From assembly GCA_027622665.1 (NCBI GenBank), contig JAQBYT010000004.1, positions 96,001 through 160,000 on the forward strand: a stretch of DNA of 64,000 nt, in the 5' to 3' direction. A model generated the notes under the pieces. It was not told where the DNA came from. It worked only from the letters and a program-made list of their open reading frames with translations, and did no database searches. Below are positions 1-10,555 of the stretch, piece after piece. Origin of the DNA: Verrucomicrobiota bacterium (GTDB lineage Bacteria; Verrucomicrobiota; Verrucomicrobiia; Opitutales; Seribacteraceae). Numbering within the stretch: the first letter of the stretch is position 1; each line of letters starts with the position of its first letter. The position numbers were made by a program, and so were the translations under genes.

Positions 1-2174
1 TTTCGTGCCGCATTGTTGATCAGTACCTGCAAGGACTGGTCTTTTGATGTCCCGCGAAACTTGGCGCAGTCTGCCTTGAAAGTGGCTTCGATGGATTCTA
101 TTTCCGTCTGTACGATCAGGAGTTTCGCCTCGGATAGTTCCACGGAATGCTTTGGCTTCTGGTCAGTTTTTGGACTGTCTTTGGGCGAGATCAGTTTTAG
201 TTCGTCGGATAGTGAACGGATGGTGATTGAGTCAAAGGTCACCGTGGCGTCGAATCCTGAGAGACTGATGCTCCCGTTCGGTCGCCGGTCGGGTAGTTTG
301 TAAGCGACGACGAACTCGTCGTCCAACCACACGTTGATCAAGCGGTGGCGAACTGCAAATCGCAGTTGGTATGTTCCGCCGATCTTAATCGGTTGCGATA
401 CCTTTCCTGCGGGTGGATAGGTTTGTTGTCCGTTTCGGGTGTAGGCTACATGCAACTTCGGGCCGGGCGCATGAGCGCTGGTGTAGACGAAGTTCTCGTA
501 TTTCCCGTCCTCCGATTGATCGAAACGGAAAGTGACCGACTTGTAGGTTGTTCCGCCCGTATGAGTGTATCTACAAGTCAGTTCAAAGTTCTCCGGATGC
601 GGTTTTATAAGCCGGAGCATGGCGGCGTCACGGGTCGGTTTGGTTAGGTGAAGAGCACCGTCCTTGTATTCCCAATCTTTCCCGATAAGTTCCCAGACCT
701 TTGGATTCGGTTTATCAAAGTCGTCCTTCACCTCGAATGACGGAGGTTTGTCGGTCTTCAGGAGATCATCCTCGATTGGTTTAGGTTCCGCCGGGGTTTT
801 CACTTTTTGTTTGGCTTTCTCTCCGGCCCTCTTTCTAGCCTCGTCCAAAGTGAGTTTGGCGGAGTCCAACTTTTCCCGGGCAATGCTTATCCTGTTTTTG
901 TGTACGTAGTCTCGCGTTGAGGGTGCAAAGGCGAAAGCCGAAAGTTTCACAGGTCGAATACCAGGTGCGAAGGATGCAAGAATCGCGGGGACGCCGGGCT
1001 CGATAGTTGTATTCTTGTCGGGGTTCTTAGGGTCTCCTCGAATGTCGAGAAAGGTCTTTATCTCCAGATGATCATCGAAGACGCGCGGGAGACCGTCCTT
1101 CTCGAAATCGGTTTCCCCTGGCACGGGATCCAGTCGGACCTGATGTGGTTCGAAGATAGCTCGGAATGCGTAGTAATCGACCTGCGTGACCGGATCGTAT
1201 TTATGGTCATGACATTTGGCGCAGTTCAAGGTGAGACCAAGAAATGCTTTCCCTGTGTGTTCGATGGTGGCATCAAGCCAAGTGGTCCGGTTGAAAAGGT
1301 AATAATTACGGGCCAGAAATCCTGTGGCTCGCAAGACTTTTGGGTCTTCCGGGAAAAGTTCGTCGGCGGCGAGCATCTCCTCGATCATTCGATCGTAACC
1401 CTTGTCTTCGTTGAGCGACTCGATGATCCAGTCGCGCCAATGCCAAATGTGCTTCTGGCTATTGCGTAGCTGGGCTCCAAGCCCATACCAGTCGGAGTAG
1501 CGCCACACGTCCATCCAATGGCGAGCCCATCGTTCTCCGTGGCGGGGGCTTTCCAGTAACTCGTTCACGATCTCTTCCCACGGTCTCTTGTCGCTCAATT
1601 GTTGTAGCGATGGAGGTAGACCGATTAGGTCTAGGTACAACCTGCGTAGCAAGATTGAGCGTGGGGCTTCGCGTTGTGTTTTGAGGGAAAGACGATCGCG
1701 TTGTTGTTGAAGCAGAAAGTCGATGGGATTACCGGCATTTGGAGAAATCACCGATTTCTTCGGAATCTGGAACGCCCAGTGTTCCTCTGGTGCGAGAGGG
1801 ATGACTTCCTTTGGCGACTTAGCTCCTTGATCAATCCATTGCCGCAACAAGGTGATTTCATCAGCTTTCAATGCAGCGCCCTCCTTCATGGGCGGCATAC
1901 GGTCATCACCCTCATCCAGAATCCTCTCGATCAGCAAACTTTCGGCCGCCTTACCGGGAACGATTACTTTTCCCTTGAGCATCAAGGCCCGAGTCTCGAG
2001 CCTAAGCTTTGCCTTCTGTTTGAGCACTCCATGGCAAGCATAGCACTTGGTCGACAAGATCGGCTTGATCTGGGTCAGGTAGTCAACTTCCTCAACTGGC
2101 TGGCGAGCTTCAACCACTCCCGCAGTGATGCCCAATATGAGGCCAATTCTAATCCAACTGGCAAAAAGGCTCAT
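1..2174 (-). CDS. PSD1/planctomycete cytochrome c protein (cytochrome c + DUF1549 + lectin/LamG-like insert; DUF1553 part runs off the window), partial
   Basis: Not in the ORF track because it runs off the left edge. Hand translation from ATG 2174 gives signal peptide MSLFASWIRIGLILGITAG, heme motif KCYACHG, HWAFQ, LLRRLYLDLIGLPP, HGERWARHWMDVWRYSD and LNCAKCHDHKYDP. The frame stays open to position 1. Confidence 0.9.
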   Translation of the reverse strand, partial: MSLFASWIRIGLILGITAGVVEARQPVEEVDYLTQIKPILSTKCYACHGVLKQKAKLRLETRALMLKGKVIVPGKAAESLLIERILDEGDDRMPPMKEGAALKADEITLLRQWIDQGAKSPKEVIPLAPEEHWAFQIPKKSVISPNAGNPIDFLLQQQRDRLSLKTQREAPRSILLRRLYLDLIGLPPSLQQLSDKRPWEEIVNELLESPRHGERWARHWMDVWRYSDWYGLGAQLRNSQKHIWHWRDWIIESLNEDKGYDRMIEEMLAADELFPEDPKVLRATGFLARNYYLFNRTTWLDATIEHTGKAFLGLTLNCAKCHDHKYDPVTQVDYYAFRAIFEPHQVRLDPVPGETDFEKDGLPRVFDDHLEIKTFLDIRGDPKNPDKNTTIEPGVPAILASFAPGIRPVKLSAFAFAPSTRDYVHKNRISIAREKLDSAKLTLDEARKRAGEKAKQKVKTPAEPKPIEDDLLKTDKPPSFEVKDDFDKPNPKVWELIGKDWEYKDGALHLTKPTRDAAMLRLIKPHPENFELTCRYTHTGGTTYKSVTFRFDQSEDGKYENFVYTSAHAPGPKLHVAYTRNGQQTYPPAGKVSQPIKIGGTYQLRFAVRHRLINVWLDDEFVVAYKLPDRRPNGSISLSGFDATVTFDSITIRSLSDELKLISPKDSPKTDQKPKHSVELSEAKLLIVQTEIESIEATFKADCAKFRGTSKDQSLQVLINNAAR

Positions 2175-2428
2175 CTTTTGGCATGCCTCCGGTCAGACAG
2201 AACCCCAAATTGATTCACCTGAAACTCCTTGCCTAAGCGGTAAAGAGCATCGCCATGTTCATTAATCCGAACCAAGGGGAATTGCCTAAATCTGTTCACT
2301 GGGATTAAATAGTTTTGCATCAACGTGTCTTCAGTAAATTTCATGCTCTTAGGAAACTACGGCATCGACAATCCATTAGAGTGTTCCATCATTAAATTCT
2401 TTTTTCATATCAACCTAACGAAATCTCA

Positions 2429-3460
2429 ATGAAACCGATCCTATATCTTCTAATTGCCAGCTTCTCCTTAAGTGGCTTCTCTTTTCAATTGATGTCCCAA
2501 TCTCTCACTTACGAAGGAAGCTCCGGTGTCGGCAAAGGCAAGCATATCGTTTTCATTGCCAGTGATCACGAATATCGCGGGGAAGAGACCTGTCCCGCCA
2601 TCGCTCGTATTCTTGCCAAGCGTCACGGGTTCAAGTGCACCGTGCTTTTTGGATTGGACAATGATGGATACATCAAGCCGGGCTCCTCGAGCATTCCCGG
2701 AATGGAAGCTCTCGGCAAGGCGGACATGATGTTCCTATTCCTGCGTTTTCTTGCTCCCGATGATGCCACGATGAAACATTTTACCGATTACCTGGACCGT
2801 GGTGGACCAGTCCTCGGGTTGCGGACTACCACCCACGGTTTCAACGGCCTCAAGGGCAAGAACAGCAAGTACAACTACAATTCCCGTGACAAAAGTTACG
2901 ACTGGGGCTTTGGCCGCCAAGTGATCGGTGAAACTTGGCGACCGAGGGAAGGGGCCGGCCATTATGGCAGCAACCACAAGTTCAGTACCCGTATGTTCGT
3001 CGTGCCGGAGCAAAAGGATCATCCTGTCGTGCTCGGGGTGACAGATATGCACGCCATGGCCGGGGCATACAGCGCCGTGCCCATCGAGGGATCCGTTATC
3101 CTCGGTAAAAATCAAGTACTCGATTCCATGAAACCCGATGGCAAACCTTTGGCTAACAAGCCGCCCAGTCCTTGCATCTGGGTGCGCGAATACGAATCAA
3201 AGTCTGGTAAAAAGGGGCGTGTCTTCGCCTCCACTCAAGGTGCCTCCGAGGACATTGTCAGCGAAGGCGTCCGACGATGCATCATCAACGGTGTCTTTTG
3301 GTGCATGGGCCTGGAGAAAAACATCAAGGCGGACATGAACGTGGATTTCGTGGGTCCTTACAAACCCACGACCTTTAGTTTTGGCGGAGGTCGCAAGAAA
3401 GTTAAACCGTCCGATCTCGCCGGTTTCGAAAGCCAACTCCTGCCCGAGACCAAGCGCTAA
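2429..3460 (+). CDS. ThuA-like (trehalose utilisation / class I glutamine amidotransferase fold) exported protein
   Basis: 343 aa with a signal peptide. Motifs HIVFIASDHEYRGEE, GGPVLGLRTTTHGF and GRVFASTQGAS are typical of PVC ThuA-domain proteins. Confidence 0.75.
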   Translation: MKPILYLLIASFSLSGFSFQLMSQSLTYEGSSGVGKGKHIVFIASDHEYRGEETCPAIARILAKRHGFKCTVLFGLDNDGYIKPGSSSIPGMEALGKADMMFLFLRFLAPDDATMKHFTDYLDRGGPVLGLRTTTHGFNGLKGKNSKYNYNSRDKSYDWGFGRQVIGETWRPREGAGHYGSNHKFSTRMFVVPEQKDHPVVLGVTDMHAMAGAYSAVPIEGSVILGKNQVLDSMKPDGKPLANKPPSPCIWVREYESKSGKKGRVFASTQGASEDIVSEGVRRCIINGVFWCMGLEKNIKADMNVDFVGPYKPTTFSFGGGRKKVKPSDLAGFESQLLPETKR

Positions 3461-3489
3461 GCTGCCATTTCAGGATCGATCTTTCCCGC

Positions 3490-6075
3490 TTACTTGCCAA
3501 GGGAACGAGCAAAAAGAATGATCGAGGCAATTTGCTCTTCATTGAGGACGCCGTCGTAGATCGGCATGCCGGCTTCCCCGTTGACTGCCCCTTCGGCAAC
3601 CTTGGCCGTAGGGTTCAGGATGGATTCGCGCAAATAGACTTCGTCGGCGATTATTATTTGGCCGGTCGTCAGCTTACGTTTGGATCCAAATAGCCCAAGC
3701 CAACTGGGTCCTGTTTTACCTTCCCTGGAGCCATCAATGGAATGGCAGGCCACGCAACCGAGTTGAGCGTAAAGAGCCTTGCCTTTTTCTAGGCTTGGCT
3801 TGGCGGGACGTTTCGCGACGGGAGCCAAGCCATCGACTTGAAGGTTTACCTTGTCATCGACAAAACCTCGCTCATTCAAGACCATTTTGCGGAGGAGATG
3901 GGCGGTGAGAAAGGTCTTGTTTTGGATTTGGGCACCGCCCATGGCGGACATCTTGTATCCGACCTCGATTTGCATGACCTCTCGCATATCGGGGATACCT
4001 AGGAACACGGCTTGTTTGTTTGCGGATAGTTTCACCGAGGCCACGACCAACGTCTCGGTGCCTTTCGTCTCGTCCAACTTGTAGTGGGGTGAACCGTAAT
4101 TGGGCGTACGCTTGTAGTTCCATCGCCGCACCTCGTAGGATGCCGGTTTGGATGCGCTTTTAAGGTCAAGCGGGGCAGCGAAACGCAGGAGAATCCCTCG
4201 TTTTGCGACTTGGGCATGTGTCGGGACGGTCCAAGTGCGTTTCGGGTTGGGACGGACGCGACCGAGAAAGGTCTTACCCTTGGCTTTGGTTCCCCAGATA
4301 TTGAATCCGGTTAGGTAAAGCAAACCGTCCGCAGGATTGATTGCCGCTTTGAGCAATGGTTCGTCCAAGGGTATCGGCAAGGGGGTGACTCCGCCTTGGG
4401 CGACGAACTCGTTGACCTCGGCATGGATTTGAAAGAGGCGCGGCGGGTTGAACGAAAGGAGGACCGGTTGGTCTGCAAGCGGTCCCATCTTGCTCTTGCG
4501 CATCCAGATGATGGCTGCAGCGGAACCGCATTCCTGATGCGGAATCCAAGTGAGGGGCGGCGTAATGAGCTTGTCCTTGTCAGCGGGTTCGTTCGGATGA
4601 CCGTAAAACGCACCTTTTTTCACGAAGTCCACCGGGGTCGAAGGTACGTAATGACCCTGTTGGTCGCTGGCGGCGATTTGTCCCGTCACCGGGTCATAAC
4701 CCAAGTAGGGCTGGCGAAAGCCATGGGCCAAACGGGTGACATTGTTGCCGTCGGGGGATATGCGGAGGATGGTGCTGGAGGACCGCCCGATTGTGCTGCC
4801 CGTCTGGCCGGGTTTGCAGACGAGGAAACTGCCGTCCTTTTCCACTTCCAGTGCCGAGGCGAATTCTCGGGTCTCGGCAGTCTGGTCGATTTGAGAACAA
4901 AACAGTTCATGATAGTCTGCTTCGCCATTGCCGTCGCGGTCATGGAGACGCCAGAGTCCATTGCGATCGAATACGAAGATGTCCTCTTTTCGCAGACGAA
5001 GCCCCAGAGGTTCGTGCAAGCCCGATGCGAACCGTGACCAATGCACCTCTTTGGATCCGGGGCGCAGGCCCTCGCCGATCCAGACGTCGCCATCGAAGGT
5101 GACCAAGGCGATGCGTCCGTCCTTGAAGAAGTCTATTCCCGCGGCTCGCACGGCACGCTGATAAGGATTTACAAGGGGTAGGGGAATGGGTTCGAAATTG
5201 AGTGCGTCGTTTTTCTTTGTCTCGTTAAGGGATAGGCTCACTTTTTTTTCCCAGCGTTTACCCGCGGGTTGGTCTGGTCTCGGTGAATTTACGTCGAGGG
5301 GGAAAACAATGGATATTTTCTCCTTCTTGCGGGAGGTGGGAATCCTGCAGACGACATGTCCCTTCATGTTCTCGATACTTCCTTTTCCTCTAATGGTAAA
5401 CTTCGAGCCAGTGGCACCCTCCGTTGCTAAGATTAGGTAGAGAGGCTTCTTGTGAGCGTCCACTTGCAACTCTCGGGTCAAGCCGGCTTTGTTCAAGCGG
5501 AAGCTTTCGCTCACCTTGGTGGTTTCCACTTCATATTCGATCTCGATTTCGGATTGCAGATTGATGCCTCGAAAGCGTGCTAACTTCGGATCAATCCCGC
5601 CTCGTCCGACTTCCGTTTCGGTGGGTGGGACAGGTCGCGGATCCTTGAAGTCGGGCAAACCAACACCCACTCCCGGATAGATGCCGTTTTGGAACAATAT
5701 GTCGCCATGCGGCTTCGGAAGCGCTCCTTGACCGCCTCCCACTTTCTTGAGTTGGTAGGGGTAGCTGTTGACGGACATGCTCGCGTTTATGAAAGGCGCT
5801 TCCCGGGCCTTCCACATAACGGCGACCCGTAGCAAGTCGATGTCATAGGCAAGGAAATGATCCTCTCCCAAGGGAAATACCAAGGCGCGCGGAGTGAGGT
5901 TGTTCTCGCTCGCTTTTGTCCGTCCGTCCACCGTAGCCGAGAAAAAAGGAAAGTCTTTTTCAATCCATTGGTTCCACGGGGCATCGGATTTTGCCTTTTG
6001 GGCATTTGCCGCATGAGAAGAGGATGCGGAGGCCATCGCCGCCAAAATCAACAAATGTCTAAAGGGAGGAGTCAT
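3490..6075 (-). CDS. Exported beta-propeller protein with C-terminal cytochrome c (PVC heme-binding, DUF6797-like N-terminus)
   Basis: Signal peptide from MTPPFRHLL; RFASGLHEPLGL and DRDGNGEADYHE propeller motifs; C-terminal GCVACHSIDG...TGPSWLGLFG...YLRESILNP...MP. Confidence 0.8.
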   Translation of the reverse strand: MTPPFRHLLILAAMASASSSHAANAQKAKSDAPWNQWIEKDFPFFSATVDGRTKASENNLTPRALVFPLGEDHFLAYDIDLLRVAVMWKAREAPFINASMSVNSYPYQLKKVGGGQGALPKPHGDILFQNGIYPGVGVGLPDFKDPRPVPPTETEVGRGGIDPKLARFRGINLQSEIEIEYEVETTKVSESFRLNKAGLTRELQVDAHKKPLYLILATEGATGSKFTIRGKGSIENMKGHVVCRIPTSRKKEKISIVFPLDVNSPRPDQPAGKRWEKKVSLSLNETKKNDALNFEPIPLPLVNPYQRAVRAAGIDFFKDGRIALVTFDGDVWIGEGLRPGSKEVHWSRFASGLHEPLGLRLRKEDIFVFDRNGLWRLHDRDGNGEADYHELFCSQIDQTAETREFASALEVEKDGSFLVCKPGQTGSTIGRSSSTILRISPDGNNVTRLAHGFRQPYLGYDPVTGQIAASDQQGHYVPSTPVDFVKKGAFYGHPNEPADKDKLITPPLTWIPHQECGSAAAIIWMRKSKMGPLADQPVLLSFNPPRLFQIHAEVNEFVAQGGVTPLPIPLDEPLLKAAINPADGLLYLTGFNIWGTKAKGKTFLGRVRPNPKRTWTVPTHAQVAKRGILLRFAAPLDLKSASKPASYEVRRWNYKRTPNYGSPHYKLDETKGTETLVVASVKLSANKQAVFLGIPDMREVMQIEVGYKMSAMGGAQIQNKTFLTAHLLRKMVLNERGFVDDKVNLQVDGLAPVAKRPAKPSLEKGKALYAQLGCVACHSIDGSREGKTGPSWLGLFGSKRKLTTGQIIIADEVYLRESILNPTAKVAEGAVNGEAGMPIYDGVLNEEQIASIILFARSLGK

Positions 6076-6127
6076 AGGGATGGCTTTTAGCAAGAATGAG
6101 GCCTTACGTCGAAATTGTTTATGTGCT

Positions 6128-6286
6128 TCAGGAGTCCCTTTCCTTATCCCGCTTTTTCTTATCCATGGAGCGAAACAGTTTCCGAATGTCCTTGGCGCCT
6201 CCGATGGCTACGAAGATGGCCATCACGGCGTATATTCCGATACCTCCTACCAGCAGTATCGACCAGATTGTTATCCAGTCACTCAT
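6128..6286 (-). CDS. Small single-TM membrane protein (52 aa), probable SSS accessory subunit
   Basis: Hand-translated MSDWITIWSILLVGGIGIYAVMAIFVAIGGAKDIRKLFRSMDKKKRDKERDS*. The ATG overlaps the SSS stop (ATGAGTGA). Hydrophobic helix followed by a basic tail; below the ORF-track size cutoff. Confidence 0.7.
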   Translation of the reverse strand: MSDWITIWSILLVGGIGIYAVMAIFVAIGGAKDIRKLFRSMDKKKRDKERDS

Positions 6287-7817
6287 CAGTTTCTCCTTGA
6301 TTAGTTGTTTCCTTGTCAGGGAAAAGAAGTGACCCGAGAACCATCAGCGCGAGGGCTGCGCCCGTTGTGCAAAGCCCTACGTGGGCAGCCTCTATTTTCT
6401 CGAGTCCGACCGCTTTCTGTACCGGGGTCAGCCCGAACACCGCCAATCCACCGGCGGTTAGCGCGAGATAGGCGCCTACCCGACTGGCGCGTTTCCAGTA
6501 GATGCCCAAGACCAATAGGGCGAGAGCACCGGTGAAATATATGGCGCCGGAAATCATCATGTAGTCCAACAGGTCTTGGCCGAGCGGGTACCATAGGCTC
6601 CAGATCAGTAGGAATACACCGATCAAGACAATCAGTAAACGAGCCAACAAAAGGCGGGATCGGGTGGACATGTCGCCCCCCCGTAATGGGACCACCACGT
6701 CCTCCACGATGACCGAGGCCCAGCAGAGTAGATAGCTGTCATGAGTTGACATAAAGGCGGCCAGCATGCCGGCCCCGACGATTCCGATGATTCCCGCGGG
6801 CAGGATTTGTCCAAGGAAGTGAGGGAAGGCAGACATGGTGAGCTCCGAGTTTTTGATAATGGAGCCATCGGGTGTGAGCAACTCGGATCGTGCTTCGGGT
6901 ATGCCCATAAAATAGGCCAAGGCGCAGATGCCTAGGAATTGCGGCAAGAGGAAGCGTATGAGGAACCCCACGGAGGACCATTTGTAGAGGCTTTTGACAA
7001 CCTCCTCGTTCTCCGCCGAACTGGCTCGCATCACAGCGGTCTGCCAAATGGTCGAACTCACTAACCCGGCGGTAAGAAGCATCCACGCCATATATGAAAT
7101 GCCGAACCCATCTTCGTGAGCCGGATTGAAGCCGGATTCCCCATGGATTTCCTCGACTACTCCAACTAGGTTGTCCCAACCCAACTCACTTACAGCTAGG
7201 CCGCAGGCCAGCAGCAACCCGAAGGAAAGAACGACGAACTGGATGTAGTCGGTGATGATCACGCTCACCATGCCTCCCATGGTCGTGTAGATCAGCACCA
7301 AGATGATCAGCGTCGTCATCACGAGGTTGACCTGCATGGGATCGTTGAGCCCGGTGAGGGCAGTCACGAAAATGGCGCCCGCCTTTAGGAACATCCCCAT
7401 GTTGAGTATTCCCGCCACGGCCAGCAGGATGCCACCGTAGACCCTCACCCCTTGGCCGAAACGTAGGCCGTAGTATTGCGGAATCGTCATCACTCCCAAT
7501 CGTCGAAGTGGCACCACGATGAACCCGGTGAACCCGACCAGCAATGGTACTACCCCGGCGACCACCGCGATATGAAAAGCGGAAAAACCACCCGTAAAAC
7601 CCTTTTGGGCGGCGAACATGACCGTGACCAGTCCCAGTTCAGAGCCCGTCATGGAGGCCACCGCCAGCCAGGTGCGCACCGCCCGCCCGGCTACCACGTA
7701 GTCCGCCATGTCGGAGATGAATCGGTTGACGTAGAGTCCTACTGCCACCGTGCCGAGCAGGTAGCATCCTACGATGACCCAGTCCACACCGCTGAAGTTG
7801 GTTTCCAGGCCCGTCAT
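6279..7817 (-). CDS. Sodium:solute symporter (SSS) family transporter
   Basis: 512 aa with many TM helices; DYVVAGR, YTTMGGMVSVIITDYIQF and GMLAAFMSTHDS signatures. Confidence 0.92.
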   Translation of the reverse strand: MTGLETNFSGVDWVIVGCYLLGTVAVGLYVNRFISDMADYVVAGRAVRTWLAVASMTGSELGLVTVMFAAQKGFTGGFSAFHIAVVAGVVPLLVGFTGFIVVPLRRLGVMTIPQYYGLRFGQGVRVYGGILLAVAGILNMGMFLKAGAIFVTALTGLNDPMQVNLVMTTLIILVLIYTTMGGMVSVIITDYIQFVVLSFGLLLACGLAVSELGWDNLVGVVEEIHGESGFNPAHEDGFGISYMAWMLLTAGLVSSTIWQTAVMRASSAENEEVVKSLYKWSSVGFLIRFLLPQFLGICALAYFMGIPEARSELLTPDGSIIKNSELTMSAFPHFLGQILPAGIIGIVGAGMLAAFMSTHDSYLLCWASVIVEDVVVPLRGGDMSTRSRLLLARLLIVLIGVFLLIWSLWYPLGQDLLDYMMISGAIYFTGALALLVLGIYWKRASRVGAYLALTAGGLAVFGLTPVQKAVGLEKIEAAHVGLCTTGAALALMVLGSLLFPDKETTNQGETDE

Positions 7818-7863
7818 GATCGAAGAGTAAGTGTTCGCGAACTACCTGTTTGGATTTCCGTCC

Positions 7864-10455
7864 TCAAGGCTTCTTCTTCGTCACCCAGACAGGGGAGGAC
7901 CACGCCATGTTGCCGTCCTTTTGGACAACTCTCACATAATAGCGGTTCTCTCCTTCCAACATGTCCTCGTCCGTCAGGGATTGTTCGAAAGTCGAACCTT
8001 TGAAGGAACGAAACTCCTTCCAGTCCTTTTCATTCCGCACTATTGTGATCCGCTTGAAGATGGCCGTTCCGTCCACCTTGAACCATAACTTGGCGTTCTC
8101 CTTGGTTTCAAAAATCGAGCCGAGCGGTTTTCCGTTGCAGGTGAAATTGAGGTATATCTTGTCGGTCGCGGCAATGGTCCGGCGGTTGTCGAAGGCTTCT
8201 ATGATGCCTTCGCGAGTGAAATCCTTGCAATAGACACCTCCGTAACTGGCATGCTGTGAGATATGGTCGGAACTGGCGAACACACCGAGGTTATGCCCAT
8301 GTTTCAGCGCATTTTGATAGGTTCCCGCCTTATATTTCCCGAAATTCGTGATGGGCCCCGGTGGAGTAGCCTTGGCATCCCCGTTAATGGTGTATGCTTC
8401 GCCGGGTCGTAGTCCGACGGTGGGTTGAGGAGCGCCTTCGCCCTCATAGGACACGCGAGCTCCTTGGTAGATTTCCACGACGTTTTCGTGCTCATGGTCG
8501 ATATGCTCGTATTTTCCCCAGTCCGTACCCATGCCGGTTGCCCCGGTGTGGCTGATCACTGCAACTGGTTTGCCGTAACTCTTGAGGATGTCCCACAGTT
8601 CGTAGGGAAGAATTTCCCCAGTCTTCCCACTAACTGGAAAGACCTTGCTCCAAGTCGATTTCAAGTAGGTTGGTCGCTGGATGTAGACGATCGGTCCGCC
8701 ACGCTGGGCAAAAACGACGTTCCGGTGTCCCCAAGGCCAACGTTGCTCACGCTCGTAGACATAGAGCGTATTGAAGCGTTCCGGGCTGTGGAGGGCGTCA
8801 TGCATGCGTTGGTTGTGCCACCATTCGTAGGAATGATACATTTTGCCGGCGTCGGTGTGGTCTGAGGTGCCGAGGAAGTCGAGCTTGGCCAAGTCGTAGG
8901 CGTAGCGGAAATGGTCTAGGATGCATCCGTCAAATCCAGTCCTGCAATTCGAAACGTCGGTGTGGCGATGCACGTCTCCCCAGAACAGCCCATAGGTTTG
9001 CCCATCCACTTTCCATTGGTGGCGATCGAAGGCCGGACGTTCGGGGGTTTTGTGGGAGTGCGGGTCTTCCGGTTTCTGCTCCACCTTGGCAACGGGGGGG
9101 GAGGCCTCGGGAAGTTGGGAAGGAGAGGGAAGGGCGGCCAGCATGATCTTGGCCGTCTGGTGAGCCTTGTGCTTTCTCTCGTCGGATGGCCAGCACACCC
9201 GAAGATCACCCTTGGCTCCTTTGGCAGACGGAAGGAAGACCAGTTTCCGGTCTTGTCCATAGCTGCTTGATGGAATTCTACGGCGAGAACTCCAGGTGCC
9301 CGACTTGACCCGATAGGAGGTTGCCGCAATCCGCCAAAGGGCCGCGTTGAAATAACGGTAGGCGACCCATGGGTTGCCTTCCCTGCCGACTCCCACCACG
9401 GGTACGTTCACGGGATTGCCTGCTGTACCTGCAGGTCCGAGCGGAATTTCTTCAAACTTCGAGGAAGCAATGTCGAACCTGCCGAAGAGAACCGACTTCT
9501 CGGCATTGATTCCCGTCTTGTTTCCGTGACCGCGGTAATCGAGGCCGTGCTTGACCTTTCCCCGCTCGGCCGAGATCCAAAAGCCCTTGCCATCGGCCGT
9601 TGCTGCAATGGATGTCCGGGCCTCGTACTTCTTGCTGTGTCCGATCGGGAACTCCTTTACGTTCCCCTGTGCATCGACCTTTGCGAGGTAGAGGTTGAAT
9701 TCGTTTCCTCTTGAACTGTCGTAGGCTATCCAAGCGTTTCCATCCCGGTCAAAAGCAATGCTGGGGGACCAATCCCCTCCGACTAGGTCGGTTACGACGA
9801 ATTCCTTCGACCATTGACCGGTTGAGGGGTCGTGGTATCGTGCAAAAACATCGCCCTCGCCCGCCCGAAAGGATTGCCAACTGACCCAGACTCTTCCCTT
9901 GGCATCGGTTCCCGCCACCACGAATGCCTCGGCTGCGTCCGAGTCCGCCAAGGTGACGGGTTTGCCCAATCCGTGCTTCTCGTTCCAGGAACAAGCCTTC
10001 AAATTCACAGTTTGGTCATCCGACGTCTCGCTCCACACAACCCAGGTCGTCCCTTTGCCGTCCACCGCAATGGCGGGGGCATGCAGGACGGCCGACGCGA
10101 CCACCGTGGCCAAGGTCTCGAATCCATCGTTCTTCGTCCGGGCGAGCCGCAGGGCGTCGCTTTTGCCATTCCACTCCAGGTAGGCAACGAGGGCGCGGCC
10201 TTGTTTGTCGATCGCGGCTGCCGGCAGGTCGACTTGAATGCCTTCCTTGGCGATCTTTCGCAATTCGCCCGCTAGTTCGATGGCAGGTTGACGGAATGGC
10301 ACCGTCTTCTTCCTGAAATCCCTGACCTTTGGCTTCGGTTTGTTTGGCTGTTTTGGCTTCTGGACAGAGGGTTTGTCGCTTGCCTGAGCGTTTAGTGGAT
10401 CAGCAGATCCACAGAGAAGAGATATGGTCAAGCAGGTGAGGGTAACTATTTTCAT
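7864..10455 (-). CDS. Exported beta-propeller + PHP-fold metallohydrolase (DUF3604/CehA-McbA-like)
   Basis: 863 aa with a signal peptide. N-terminal repeats PxIAxDxxGxxWVxW; C-terminal FWGDVHRHT, LDFLGTSDHT, GHRNVVF, ISHT and FASSDHIS metal-ligand motifs, ending YYVRVVQKDGNMAWSSPVWV. Confidence 0.75.
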   Translation of the reverse strand: MKIVTLTCLTISLLCGSADPLNAQASDKPSVQKPKQPNKPKPKVRDFRKKTVPFRQPAIELAGELRKIAKEGIQVDLPAAAIDKQGRALVAYLEWNGKSDALRLARTKNDGFETLATVVASAVLHAPAIAVDGKGTTWVVWSETSDDQTVNLKACSWNEKHGLGKPVTLADSDAAEAFVVAGTDAKGRVWVSWQSFRAGEGDVFARYHDPSTGQWSKEFVVTDLVGGDWSPSIAFDRDGNAWIAYDSSRGNEFNLYLAKVDAQGNVKEFPIGHSKKYEARTSIAATADGKGFWISAERGKVKHGLDYRGHGNKTGINAEKSVLFGRFDIASSKFEEIPLGPAGTAGNPVNVPVVGVGREGNPWVAYRYFNAALWRIAATSYRVKSGTWSSRRRIPSSSYGQDRKLVFLPSAKGAKGDLRVCWPSDERKHKAHQTAKIMLAALPSPSQLPEASPPVAKVEQKPEDPHSHKTPERPAFDRHQWKVDGQTYGLFWGDVHRHTDVSNCRTGFDGCILDHFRYAYDLAKLDFLGTSDHTDAGKMYHSYEWWHNQRMHDALHSPERFNTLYVYEREQRWPWGHRNVVFAQRGGPIVYIQRPTYLKSTWSKVFPVSGKTGEILPYELWDILKSYGKPVAVISHTGATGMGTDWGKYEHIDHEHENVVEIYQGARVSYEGEGAPQPTVGLRPGEAYTINGDAKATPPGPITNFGKYKAGTYQNALKHGHNLGVFASSDHISQHASYGGVYCKDFTREGIIEAFDNRRTIAATDKIYLNFTCNGKPLGSIFETKENAKLWFKVDGTAIFKRITIVRNEKDWKEFRSFKGSTFEQSLTDEDMLEGENRYYVRVVQKDGNMAWSSPVWVTKKKP

Positions 10456-10555
10456 GGGTGGATCCGATCGGTTAGGGTAATCTGGTTGGAATGTTTGCTT
10501 GCCTAAACAGTACGATCAAGCCTTGTAGCCTGGTTGGTGTTCAATTTGCGAGTAT

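Noticed and set aside
13..2213. Plus-strand ORFs of 60-180 aa, and the many similar antisense or overlapping ORFs across the window
   Set aside because: They are shadows of long, motif-bearing genes on the other strand or frame, as expected in GC-rich DNA, and have no recognisable motifs.
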